Shown here one piece after another: positions 1 to 12,100 of a stretch of 64,000 bases of DNA (positions are counted from its first letter, which is position 1; every line of letters starts with the position of its first letter). Origin of the DNA: Lingula anatina. Lineage: Eukaryota; Animalia; Brachiopoda. The position numbers and the translations under genes are program-made. The notes beneath the pieces were generated by a model. It had not been told where the DNA came from, made no database searches, and saw nothing but the letters and a program-made list of their open reading frames with translations. Location: assembly GCA_051362555.1 (NCBI GenBank), contig CM120641.1, forward strand, positions 39,562,401 through 39,626,400. The letters run 5' to 3'.

Positions 1-104
1 GTGTAAGGAATAGTTCCCATTAATACACAATAATAGGAAAAGAACACTGCAAATAGTAAATATTTACGTAATAGCTTTTTCTTCCTCATATTTTGATCAC
101 TCAC

Positions 105-285
105 TTTCCAAACATCTCCAGTGGTTTGTTTTTCCGATATGATAATGCCAGCAATTACACTGCATAGGCCCGCCAGGATGAGGACGACGATGAGAATGAG
201 GAAAACGACACATTTACCTGTAGATGCACCTTTCGGCTGTACTTCCTGTGAATATTAAGCAAGACAAATTAGAAACAAGGAGACA

Positions 286-339
<54 letters not shown>

Positions 340-1128
340 GAAGAGAAGGGAAGGATGGAAGGAAATTTGCAGGACATCAATATACATTGTGGTTTTGTCA
401 CATTTGTGAATACAGGTCATCTGATAAGAAGCTATATTAATGACCATTCAGTGACCGGTAGCCTTGATTCGTGGACGGTGAGACGGGAATGGTTGTCCGT
501 TTCCCATTACTGTGTACAGGTGGCATTCGTCCCATATACTAACCCTAATACTCAACATGTCAAGCTGACCCTTACTTATACTAATTATATGGGACCCTCT
601 GGACTTCCAACCCGAGCTAGGACTACCATTCCTGTCACACCGGAGCTAAGCAGACGATTAAAAACATTAAAACCTTACAATGTGTCAGATACATACATTC
701 TATCAACTTTAATTACAGTATTTAGATACAAATTACAAATAGAAATAAAACTAATTAATTAATTTTAAATTAATTAATGCTTTTTACCAGTATGTTCTAT
801 CAGCCATTGTATGAATTTTAACTCTTCGGTATATATTAGACCCTTGCGCATGTATATATTTTGCATAAATGCCTATGGGTCGTAGTTCATTAGTATATGT
901 AGTAAAGTTCCTTCATCCTTTCAACGAGAAAACGTTTTTAACATACGTGTAAAGGTAAAATTAATGATCATGAATTTTTTTAAAAATTAGGATGTGGCGG
1001 TTAATCAGTGTATTCACAACATTTATTTGCCGTGTATATTGGCACAAGTATTGTCTTAAACGTAAAATATATAACTTACCTCTTGATAGAAGCGGAATTT
1101 CGGCATGGCAATCATTGACATTTTGCAT
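105..1128 (-). CDS. 5' part of a type II single-pass membrane protein of unknown identity; continues off the left edge
   Basis: Exon 1128-1080 (ATG...AGA G|gtaagt) splices in phase 1 to exon 217-105 (ctacag|...AAA|gtgagt). Product: MQNVNDCHAEIPLLSRGKCVVFLILIVVLILAGLCSVIAGIIISEKQTTGDVWK, a short N-tail followed by a ~23-aa hydrophobic helix. Confidence 0.6.
291..336. repeat. (GA)n microsatellite
   Basis: Uninterrupted GA run of about 23 units; it explains the ERERER and SLSLSL ORFs in the track. Confidence 0.95.
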
Positions 1129-2658
1129 TTCTCAGTCACAGTCTGAACATGCAAATCCATTGATCGCTCATTATTTTCCTCCCCCAAAGTCTCTTCATCC
1201 ATTTTCTGGTGATTCCACATCTTCGTTACCCTATGCTGCCGGGGAAGCCGGCTCCTTACACGACTGTCTTTAGGGCACGTTAGACGCTGAATGATTAACA
1301 GTCTCAGGTGACACTGCGCCCGTCTCTCGCCTCTGCAGGTAGCACGAAGGGCCAAATTGGTTTGACCTGTGTGTGTGTGGAGGGGTCATACATACGACGA
1401 ACATGCATAATGGCTTTATTCACGCCATGGCTAAGTCGATCTATACGGTGACACGCTGTATAATGCACAAATAATAGACGTTCGTCAACTGGCTGAGGGC
1501 TTCGTTTTAATTTTTAGAGCAGATGTACTTGTCCCACTGCTGAGTGGAAACCGAATTTCAAGGACAAAAAAATAAACTGAAATAAAAAATAAATAAAAAA
1601 CAAATTGCAATGACTTGCTACAACTTTACAAAATTGGGATCATGCTTTGCATCGCATTTCAGAGTACTCCATTCGCTGAAACATACTACCAGTAGATTAA
1701 GTATATAACTAATATAAATGAGCATAAATGAATATAAATGAGCATTGTAGGTATGGGCCACGTCAACTGTTAGTTAATATAAGAGTCGACTCGTCTTCTT
1801 CTCGATAAAGTTTACCCGTATCGGTTTATAGATATTATCGGTGCATAGATATATTATATGGAATGCGGAATGTATGGCAGAAACTTATATCAAACCCTGT
1901 TGTCTGATGACAGCACCAAGAACTAGAAAATGATACGACTATAAGGACACAATAAATCGTTTACCCAAAAGTGAATAGCCTGGAGTTTGTCATCACATTA
2001 CACTGGGTCAACTTCCCAATTCATTTTGTATTTTGATAAGAAAAGTACATGTATTATTGGCCAATTGACTGCACAAAGCACATAAGAACGTGTACCCCTA
2101 CCAATGCATTGATGTCTCTTGCTTTTGTATTATTGTATGTTTGTGAGGACGAAGGGACATTTTCTTTTGTCCAAACTTGAAATTAAAAAATAAAGTTCAG
2201 TACCATAAGCAATATTTGTACTTTTAAGTTTGCGTGTGGCATATTGTTGTAGGCCTAGGCCTACATGTAAAATAGGTACCATACAATATGTCATTATCTT
2301 TCCCATCGATGGTTGTAGCCGTTGATGCCATCTAGGTCAAACTCAAGAAAGAGTAGTATTTTTTCCAAAGAATTATTGATAATGTCTTTTATTAAAATAG
2401 AACTGAACCTAAGATCCAGCATAAGTTGAATCCTACATTGAACAACTAACCTAACGGTAACCTGCAAAAGGATGAGGTCGTGGACTGAACGCGGAACTCT
2501 CAGGATACGCTGTCATGGTTTCTTAAGGTCAGTTTGGTGGTTTTTAGACAAAGTCGTTCTATACATGGAGTTATCTTGATGGGTTTTGACTAAACTTCAT
2601 TTCTTATGCCGTGCTTAGGGCGTGCTTTGTACAAAATGAAGGGAGGGGGGCATGGTGA

Positions 2659-2692
2659 GTTAAACCAAGGAGTTATAACTCCTTGGTTTAAC
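2659..2692. repeat. Perfect 34-bp palindrome
   Basis: GTTAAACCAAGGAGTTA|TAACTCCTTGGTTTAAC, no spacer. Confidence 0.9.
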
Positions 2693-4698
2693 CTGATCAG
2701 ACGGTCCACAGGGAAGAGTCTCATCAACGACTTCACCAAGTAGTAATTAACCCAGCTTAAATGTAAACCCGACTCCTTTTTATTGTTTATTGTGTGACTT
2801 TAAATAAAAAACTTACAAAGACAAAATAATGTTTCCTTGGCTACGGTATAACAACTCGTAATCTCATGATCTTCTTGATTTTGAAGTGGAATATCTAAAA
2901 ATTGAATTCATTTCATCTATTCAGAACGCAAATTGTGAATTCCTTTTTTACGATTCAGATAACAAAATGCATATGCAAAAATGTGGTTTTAGTCTTTTTT
3001 GGTTTATTTATCTTTTTTTAGGGGGTGTATGTGTGCAGAGTACGTACATCTTTCACATTCTTTACATTATGCTGATCTTATACTTTTAAGGACTTGACAT
3101 ATTTTATGTCACATTGTGGAAGACTCAGTAGTATCATTCATTACGTATTATCTTCACAAAACAAGAAGAACCAGTCTATACAATATACAGGCATCACTTC
3201 CCCGTATAGATTGAAGTCAGATAAAGTTTTAAGTAGTTGTTATTTATATAGTGCTTGTATCATGGAGTTCATATTACATTACAGCTATTTTTCAAAGAAA
3301 AAAAAACGCCTCTATGTAAGTCTACGTTTGTTAAGCAAAGAAAAGGGGCTCCTGAGATTTTCCCATTGAAATGCGATGTAAAGATGATTATTTCCATGGG
3401 ATGCACTCATTTATAAAAATCAGCTAATACAGTGATTATCCTGTAAAGGTTGAATCCTAGCTCAGCACGATTTCTTAGTGTAAAATTTTCTTTGTTCACG
3501 CAAATGGTCTAAAATTTAATGTGCTTTCTTTCAAAATCCACATCTATTTCGCTAAAAATCTACGTCTTGAAAATGGTATGTTCTGTCGTTTATCGCTAAT
3601 GGGTACAATGTTGTACGGAAAATTGTAAAAGGCTGGCCGAAATTCAAAATTAATGTATTCAATGCAGCCTTCTGTACCGTTTGGTATAGCAAAACTGACA
3701 CGGAAAGAGTCCCACTTATCCCATTAAGTTCGAATTGATGTAGTATGTATATTCTTTTCGAGTTCGTAATTTGATTTTGCCTAATCATAACGGACCTCCG
3801 ATACAGTAGTAAGATATTTTCTATATAGGTTCTTCGTTTTGATTTTAAAAAATTATCAGTTATTTGGAGCTAATAATTGGCATGAAGCGGATTTTGATTG
3901 CATTACGATTACTTTTATTAATATCTATCATCATCAACTAATTCATTTATTTCTTCAAAGAAAACAGGGTTTCCGGGTCGTTATTTCATTTTTGTGTCCC
4001 AACAGTAATCTTTTAAGATGTTGGAATTATATGATCGGGAAATATCAACACTTAAGAGTTGGAATCACTTTCCATGAACACTTTTATTGTCATTGACTAA
4101 AATGAACAGAATGCTATGCAACAGAAGTAGCTGTTTAACATGTATATGGCACAGTGTTAAATGCGTGACATAAAGAAGATAGTTATCAATTTTTTGACAT
4201 AGCTGGACCCCTCCCACGCTGCAAAATAATTATTAGAACAATACAGTGCAATTTGAAGCAGTTTTGTGGGCATCATGTCACTTTTTTCTGCCCCTTTTCA
4301 GCAAAAATTGGGGCCGAATTTTCCATCTTGTTTTCATGATTTGCACTTTTTGTGATATAATTGGTCAGTAAGTATTCTTTAACCTTGTTAAAACAAGCAT
4401 AAATCTAGATATCTCAAAAATTTCAAAGAAAAATATACATACAAAAAAATTTATACAAAAGCACTTGATTTTACACATGTAAAATCATACCAACAAAGAC
4501 ATTTTAGGCTACTATTTGTTAACAAAAAAAAAAAAAGAAAAAAAAAAGAAAAAAAAAACTTAATATCACAGTTATATCCACTGATTCATCATAAAGCTCT
4601 GAAATGCTGAGAAATATTCACAGGCTTGACAGGCAAGGATTTGTGTTGACTTCTTAAATGTTTTTTTATTAAGAAGTATAACATTTGTGCTGACTGTC

Positions 4699-7403
4699 TT
4701 AAACAGTTCGTTTTCGCACCGTGGACACAGAAGCACTGGCTCCAGGAATGTCTTGTTCAACTTCATTGTCATCTCGTGTGAATTCTGCATCCTGAACATC
4801 CAACAGCTCAGGGTCACTATCATTCATATCTTCAAGATCCTCCCGTCTGCTTCTACCTCCAACAGTTTCTGGTTGATCTACTACATTCCTCTGTCTGCCT
4901 ACTGAAATACGTAGAATGGGTTATAAAATCTTTCACTATCATAAAAAGCATTAAAACTCACAGACAAAATGGAAAATTGACTCATGTATAACACGAGGTT
5001 TCTCAAATTAAGTCAAATAACATGCACATAAAATGGAAACTACACAAAGCAGAATAAAATGTTATAGTACTCACATGTCCCATATTGTTAAAAACAATGC
5101 AATAAATTCATAACAAAATATATAATGCACTGTCCATTTACTTAAATCTACAAACTAAAGCACCATTAATTACAATGCATTAATTTTCGTACGTAACTAG
5201 AAAGTCTCAAAACACCAATAACTTAATGATTCTAAAGGGGTCGAAAATAAAATGTGTGGGTAGGGTAAGACATTTATTTTAGACAATGTGAGGGAGGGTG
5301 GGAGATCCTTGGCATCATGTTACATCCACTGCAGGCCCATCACTAATCAAACATGTGATGGCTTGGCAAGCATGGAAATACAATTACAAGATATTGTGTT
5401 CAAACACAACTGTGTTAAAGCAATTGAAAGACTCATTTAAAGTGGTCTGATTTGATTCATCACCTTCTGAGGCAGTTTCAGCCTCTAATTTTCTTTCAAA
5501 TCTCACTGGCTGTAGCCCATCGTTTTTGTCTGATGATGGGGTCCACAGGAAACGATGCCAAGAGAAAAGTGCAACCAAAGCAAGGAAGAAGAAGATGGTA
5601 CCAATCCCAAGCATGGAAGACGTGATTGGCCAGTAGAACAAAATATACCTAGAAGAAAGTAAAATTACTATTACCACTATAATGTATAAAACTGATACTG
5701 AATGTTATTGGATATAATAACAATGCCGTATTTCTTAAAACACACTGAATACACAGAGACAAAATGATACTTAGAAAACATAATCAAAAACTTCACAATA
5801 AATATTCTGTTTAAATAGCTTCATGCATCAATCTAAAATTTGAACAAAACAAGCACTATTTCCCAAGGCTGTAATGTACACCAATGTACAAAAAATACCA
5901 GCTTCTGAAAGATAACGTTGGTGTACATTACAGCCTAAGTATGCTTTGTGGCCCTTACCTCAAGCCAGTGAAATGAGCTTGCATTATCAACTCAGCAGAG
6001 TAGACATTAATTGCATTATCCACCCCTGGAAGCTTCAGGCTTATCAGAGCACCAAGTGAAGGGAGATACTGAAATTCATGACAGGATCAATAGAATCTTT
6101 CCTGAATTTTAAACAGAATTTATTTGTAAAATTCATTCTAATTTATGTATGGTATAATAAAATTCACCAGCACAAGGCAAATTTATAAAAAAACTCATTT
6201 GGTTTTACTGGTAAGGTCTTAAAACACATACAGTTTAGAAAATATAAAGAACACATTAAATGTCAAAGTGGTGCACTCCACAGAAAAAAAAAAAACGCTG
6301 TATGTTGTTTTAATTATGAGCCACAAACTGATATTGTGCCATGCCCTAATGAAAAAATAACTTTGCAGCTAACATTGATATAAATGACGGAATAAAACAA
6401 AACAAAACGAAAGAACTTCATTAAGTAAAGGCTTGCTTTGATGAACATAATATTCTGGTGTCAGTGTTTAATCACAGTTTATAGGGTAAATGCAAAAAAA
6501 AAAAAAAAAAAAAAAAAAATTCACAATAAATATTCTGTATCTTAGTAGTTATACTTACAGCATCCTCATAGTACTGACTGAAAAGTTCCACAAGCACTGT
6601 CTGTTTTTGCTCCAGGAACCCAAACAAGAGCCAAGGAGAGAAGAACCAGGTTGTTATAGTTTGCAGTAATGGGGACTTGTACCGCAGCATACTCTGATAA
6701 TACAATAATGTCATACATATCTATTCAATGCAGAAATAACCAATGCCTTATTACAGAAAAACAGATGGAATGTCTCAATTCTATGCTTCTTGAATGTGTC
6801 AATTTCTTAACTGAAATGACAAAAGCAATATTTAGAGGCAAAACACATAGCGTATTGCCAAGTGTTGAATTATTCATATGATGAAGTAAAAAACTTACTG
6901 TGATAAAGAACTTTACCACCTCACTAACTACAATAATTTCATCAAAGCAACAGCTAAATCAGTTACTTGCACTCCATTAAGTCTTCTTCAGGGATGAAAA
7001 GAGAAAGACTGCGTCAGAGGCCTGACGCAGCCACTTTCCCTGATCCAGGGGCAGATCCAGGATTATTTGAAATGGGGATCTGGAACAGCCTCAGATATGA
7101 AGCCAACCATCGCCCCCTTGGCATGGGGTTCGGGACTGCTCAAGGGCCCCTGAAAAATTTTTGATGTTTTGGAAGGCAAACAGTGCCCTTTCAAAGCTTT
7201 GGTACGGTTTAGAACTATGATTCAGCTTGTCAAAATTCTAATTTCAGGAGGGGAATATTGGTGTGATATATTTTTCAGAAACTGAGGGGGCGGGGGTCAG
7301 GACCCCCTTGACACCTTCCCCACCTCTAATTCCGCCACTGTGATCTACATTTACCATCTTTGAACAAAAAGGATAGATTGCGGAGGGGGTTGTGTGTGTG
7401 TGT

Positions 7404-7434
<31 letters not shown>

Positions 7435-8894
7435 GGGGGGGAGGGGGGGGGCTGACAGTACTCTGATAGAAGCTACTTTAAAACCTGTAACCCCAATTCC
7501 TGAAAAAGTTGACTTGATAGAAGCAAAAATATTTGAGTGTAAATAATTCTGATCTTAGCAGTTGTCTTTGGAAACTATCATAGTAACTTACACTTACTGC
7601 TCTTGATGATGTCTTTGTAATAACCCCACCTTTGGAATAAAACTGAATCTCAACCATAAACATGCCTAAAAATATTACAAGAAAACTTTTAAAATTTAGT
7701 GAAAGCCATTAAGTGAACACTTTGTTCTATAAAACATCATTTGTTTTGGAAAAAAATGTTTGCATATAAGGAATGTCAAAAAATATATTACATTCACAAT
7801 GGAACCATTTTGTATACAATAAAAAAGAGCATATACTGGTATGTAATGGAAAACACTTACCAAGTTTTTCATTTACAGGTGTTTCAGGCATTTCTAATTC
7901 TAGTAGCACTTTATACGGCTGTCCCTTAAGAAGAAGCTAAGGACAAAAATGAGTTAATCAGCAACTCTCTCAACAAAACTAAGATGTTGAAAAGTTAATA
8001 GAATCAGACTTTAAAAAGCCTGGTCATATACTATAATATAACAAAAATAATGCAATGTGTATAGACCAGGAGAATCCCTAGTATGTTCTTCCTATAATTA
8101 GGTTTCAAATACATGGTACATTTACCAAATGACATTTAAAGAAAATACCAACTGTACATTGTTAATGGACAGAGCAATATCACATGTTATGTCAATGTCA
8201 CAAAATTTTCCAAACTCATTTTAACATACCTGATCTCTACCATCTTTAACAAGGGAAATATTTGCAAATGGATATGAACAAGTCCTCTGGTTGGCTTCAC
8301 AGGAGGTGCTGACATAAAACAAAAAATTGAAAGCATAAGCTTAAGATTACTAGTAGTTTAATAAGTAAATCATTTTATAGTCTCTGGTATTTTTATCTTA
8401 AATACTAACCTACTATAATCATAATTGAATTGGTTCATTTAATAAAAAGAGATCTAAATCAAAAGCCCTGTCACTGATAATTTACCATGAATTATGAATA
8501 TACCTGTACACTAATGTTAGACAGAGCTAGAGAATAAATAAACTACATGTAAATATCTAAATAAAAGCATGAGATTCACAAACATGCCCTTGACTGTCTG
8601 CAGTTACAAAGCATATTAAGTGAATTTTGAGGGTAACATCTTACGACGCTGTAAATTATTATTAACTGTTCTAGTTTCTTACTTGATTTGAAAATGTACA
8701 GATCTTGAGTGTGACACCTGGGGCATATATGCATAATAAAAACTTCCGTAAAGAAATACCGCTGTCCACAATACGAATATTAAAACAATCCCAGCTCCCA
8801 ATAGTCTCGAAAAAATATCCTTTGTTGCATCATAAGCTTTTTTAGTCCTCTTCTGCAGCTGCTTCTTAAGGGCATCTACTGGTCGTCGCAACAT
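4699..8894 (-). CDS. BSCL2: Seipin (ER lipid-droplet biogenesis protein), 7 coding exons
   Basis: Approximate exons 8894-8683, 8308-8230, 7935-7860, 7665-7597, 6692-6558, 6069-5959, 5648-5464 and 4901-4699 give eight segments by my reading, so the exact exon count needs checking. Motifs: TM1 '[18 protein letters not shown]', '[10 protein letters not shown]', '[26 protein letters not shown]', '[28 protein letters not shown]', '[26 protein letters not shown]', TM2, and an acidic tail ending 'VRKRTV*'. Confidence 0.95.
7046..7340. mobile_element. Non-autonomous DNA transposon (hAT-like CAGGGGC.GAT termini) in a seipin intron
   Basis: Begins caggggcagatcc and ends ttccgccactg (imperfect TIRs). 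Flanked by a 5-bp direct repeat TGATC at 7041-7045 and 7341-7345. Confidence 0.6.
7390..7451. repeat. (TG)n microsatellite followed by a poly-G tract
   Basis: About 14 TG units then about 30 G. Confidence 0.9.
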
Positions 8895-9190
8895 CTTTCC
8901 TGCTCGTCGGGTTTTCCCGTGTATAGCCTTGACCTTTGGTGTTATTGTAAAGATAAGCCAGATTCGAAGTAAGAAGTACCGCCCTGTCTAATGTGTATAT
9001 CTTATTAGAAACAATCACAAATAGTTAAACATCTTTCTAAATGAAAACCTATTTCAATATATTAAATTGTGAAGCTGTGTCGTTTACCATGTCTTGAAAA
9101 TGGCAGACATCTGGCGGTCACAAATTGACATACATATATGTAGTATTCAAACAACTGAACCAGCAAATACCTGAAACCTGCATGTGGATA
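8895..9190. promoter_or_regulatory. Putative bidirectional promoter between seipin and LYPLAL1
   Basis: The two start codons diverge only about 296 bp apart. The interval contains AAAATGGC (YY1-like, ~9097) and GACATCTGGCGG (CTCF-like, 9106-9117). Confidence 0.65.
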
Positions 9191-12100
9191 ATGTGTGCAT
9201 CAAGAATTTTGCCACCAAAAATAGCTCCACTGGTTGTATCACAGACAAAGCCAAAACACACAGGGACTTTGTTCTTTTTTCATGGCTCGGGTTTGTATTT
9301 GATAGAGCTTTTTTAGTTACTGGTTCAGTGTGGTACTCAGTAGTTACTAGTAGCAGTACAGTAGTACACCTGCAGTCGACATCATCATTTTCATTTAATT
9401 TGTAAATGAAAAGGTTAATGGTTTTATTATTAAGTAGTTTGAGTAGTACTACCATAAGTAGTAAGTAATAACTGGAAAATGCCAAGAAGGATTGCAAGGG
9501 GGGGGGGGTATACTCATAAACTAGTCCTGAACATTTTGATAAACTAGTATTGATATATAATAGTTTGATTTACATAAATACAATACATGCACCACTGGTA
9601 TTACCAGACGGATAAAATTCAACTGAAATAAAAGGTTTCAAGAAGTGCCCTTTTATCCAAAAAATGTGTCATTCAACATATTATGCCAACTCTATTCGTT
9701 AATAAACATGTACTTGTCTTAATTTAATCTTCAATTGTTTTAGGTGATACTAGTGATGGAATAAAACTGTGGTTAAAAGAAGTCACAGGCAAAGAATTTG
9801 TGTTTCCGCACATGAAAATAATTTATCCAAGTGCACCTGTGAGGTAAGGTACATGTAGCTAAGAATTGGGCCTCCGAATTCAGTAAACCTCTGTATGCAT
9901 GGGCAACCCTCTTAAAACATCTGGGACTCTTTTTGAGAATTGTGTGTTCTTGGTTTCAGATCAAATATGCTTTCAAAGTATTTGATTATCATTGACGGGA
10001 AATACCTTACATGTGATGATGTATTAGAACAGTTCTATAGTGTGCACTTAGTCGTGAACTTGTTCCTTGCATACGAAAATAATTGTCATAGCAAGAAACA
10101 AAATGCCAAATTATAACTGGGTAACCGATGAAGTTATTGTAATTCATACTTGTGGTTCATTTGAATTGGATTTTATTAAACGGCATGCTCTGTGAAAATT
10201 CATCTTTCTGAATTGTAAAGTTTGTTCTTTCAGACCGTACACTCCCATGTTGGGTCAGTTATCCACTGTGTGGTTTGACCGAAAACAAATTTCTCCATTT
10301 GTACCAGAGGACACAAAAAGTTTAGAGGAATCATGTTCTGAGTTGAACAAACTGATTGAAACTGAAGTTGAGAATGGAATTCCATTGGAGAGGATTATTC
10401 TAGGTGCACACATCAGAATTTAAGAATATTACATCAAAAGGGCTGTGGAATTAAAAGAAATTACAGCTGTGCATTTATTAAGCCTAATTGTCAGATTATT
10501 TTCAATGTGTCAGTTAATGCATCAAAACATCCGCTTTCCTGTCATCCTTTAAATGTTTGGACTAAAAATGATTCCATTGTCCAACAAATGTTTCAGGTGG
10601 ATTTTCAATGGGTGGGGCAATGGCTCTTCATCTTGGATATAGGTATCAGAAGCAGGTGGCAGGAGTAATAGCTCTGTCTTCCTTTCTTAATCAACAGTCA
10701 GTTGTGTATGAGGTAGGTCATGAGAACATTTTAAATTTTTAGCAGAAAAGTTAATTGATTTGAGGCTTGATGGTATATACTTTATAGAAAGAAATTAAGT
10801 AATCTTTGCTTGAATATAAGTCATGCTCCTGAAAGCATCTTGAACCTCTGTTAAATACACCTGAACTTCATGCTTTTTATGTACAGACACAGATGTGTCT
10901 GTACATATAGCCATCACCTGCGTCTGTCGTCGCCGTCGCCGTCGTCGCTGTCGTTGCCGTCGTCGCCGTGCACTTTTACCGATAACACGATAAGTGGAAA
11001 ACCATTTTTTCTTTTGGCTTGAAACTTACAGAACTGATGAATATTCATAATACGCAGGTCAAGTTCAAAAATCAGCATGATCGGGCCATTTTTGGGGAAT
11101 TTATGCTGTTTTTTCACTGTTTTCAGCATTTATGTAGCACCGATAACACGATAAGTGGAAAACCGTTTTACCTTTTGGCTTGAAACTTACAGAACTGATG
11201 AATATTCATAATATGCAGGTCAAGTTCGAAAATCAGCATGATCGGACTATTAATATGGAAGTAATGCAGTTTTTTCACTTTTTTCAACATTTATGCAACA
11301 CCGATAACACAATATTTGAAAAACCGTTTTACCTTTTGGCTTGAAACTTACAGAACTGATAAATATTCTTAAAACACAGGTCAAGTTCGAAAATCAGCAT
11401 GATCTGGCCATTTATATTGAAGTTATGCAGTTTTTTCACTTTTTTCAGCATTTATGCAACACCGATAACACAATATTTGAAAAACCATTTTACCTTTTGG
11501 CATGAAACTTAAGAACTGATGAATATCTATAATACGCAAGTCAAGTTTGAAAATTGGCATGATCAGAGCATTTTTATAAAAGTATTGCTGTTTTTTCACT
11601 TTTTTTCAGCATATATGCAACACCTATAACACATTTTAAGGAAAATCGATTGCCCAATTGTCTTGAAATTCACAGTAGTGATCAGTGTTACTGAAATACA
11701 GATTAAGTTTTGAAAATAAGCTTGATCAGTAAAGGTTTGGTGAAGTTATACCTTTTTTTGTATATAAGTGTTTTTTTTCCTCAAATTTAATTCTCAGGCA
11801 TGCTAACAGTCGCATTTTTGAACTAATTAGATATGTTAAGTTGTTCTTTTGAAAATTTCTGCATCTTAACAACATTGTTAGTTGATTATAAAAAAATGAT
11901 GGTAAACCTGATATTGTGTATTGTTTAATAAGTGACCAAAATGGAAAAAAAAACATATCTTTACAGTTTGTCAGATTCAACCATTCACTATGTTCAGAAT
12001 TTCAGAATGGAGCAAGTTGGACATTTATAATTGTTCTATTGATATTTTTGATTTTACAACATATTTTTTGATTGATCATATAAAAATGACAATAAATTGA

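Noticed and set aside
214-762. ORFs of 61-141 aa around the GA repeat
   Set aside because: They are microsatellite or intron-derived and lie within the intron of the minus-strand membrane-protein gene; no coding features.
2523-2760. TTAA-flanked piggyBac/Kolobok-like element
   Set aside because: Terminal inverted repeats are too weak to support a call.
4572-4823. 83-aa ORF with CPRC and CQAC resembling a zinc ribbon
   Set aside because: It is an alternative frame of the last seipin exon and its 3' UTR; no independent support.
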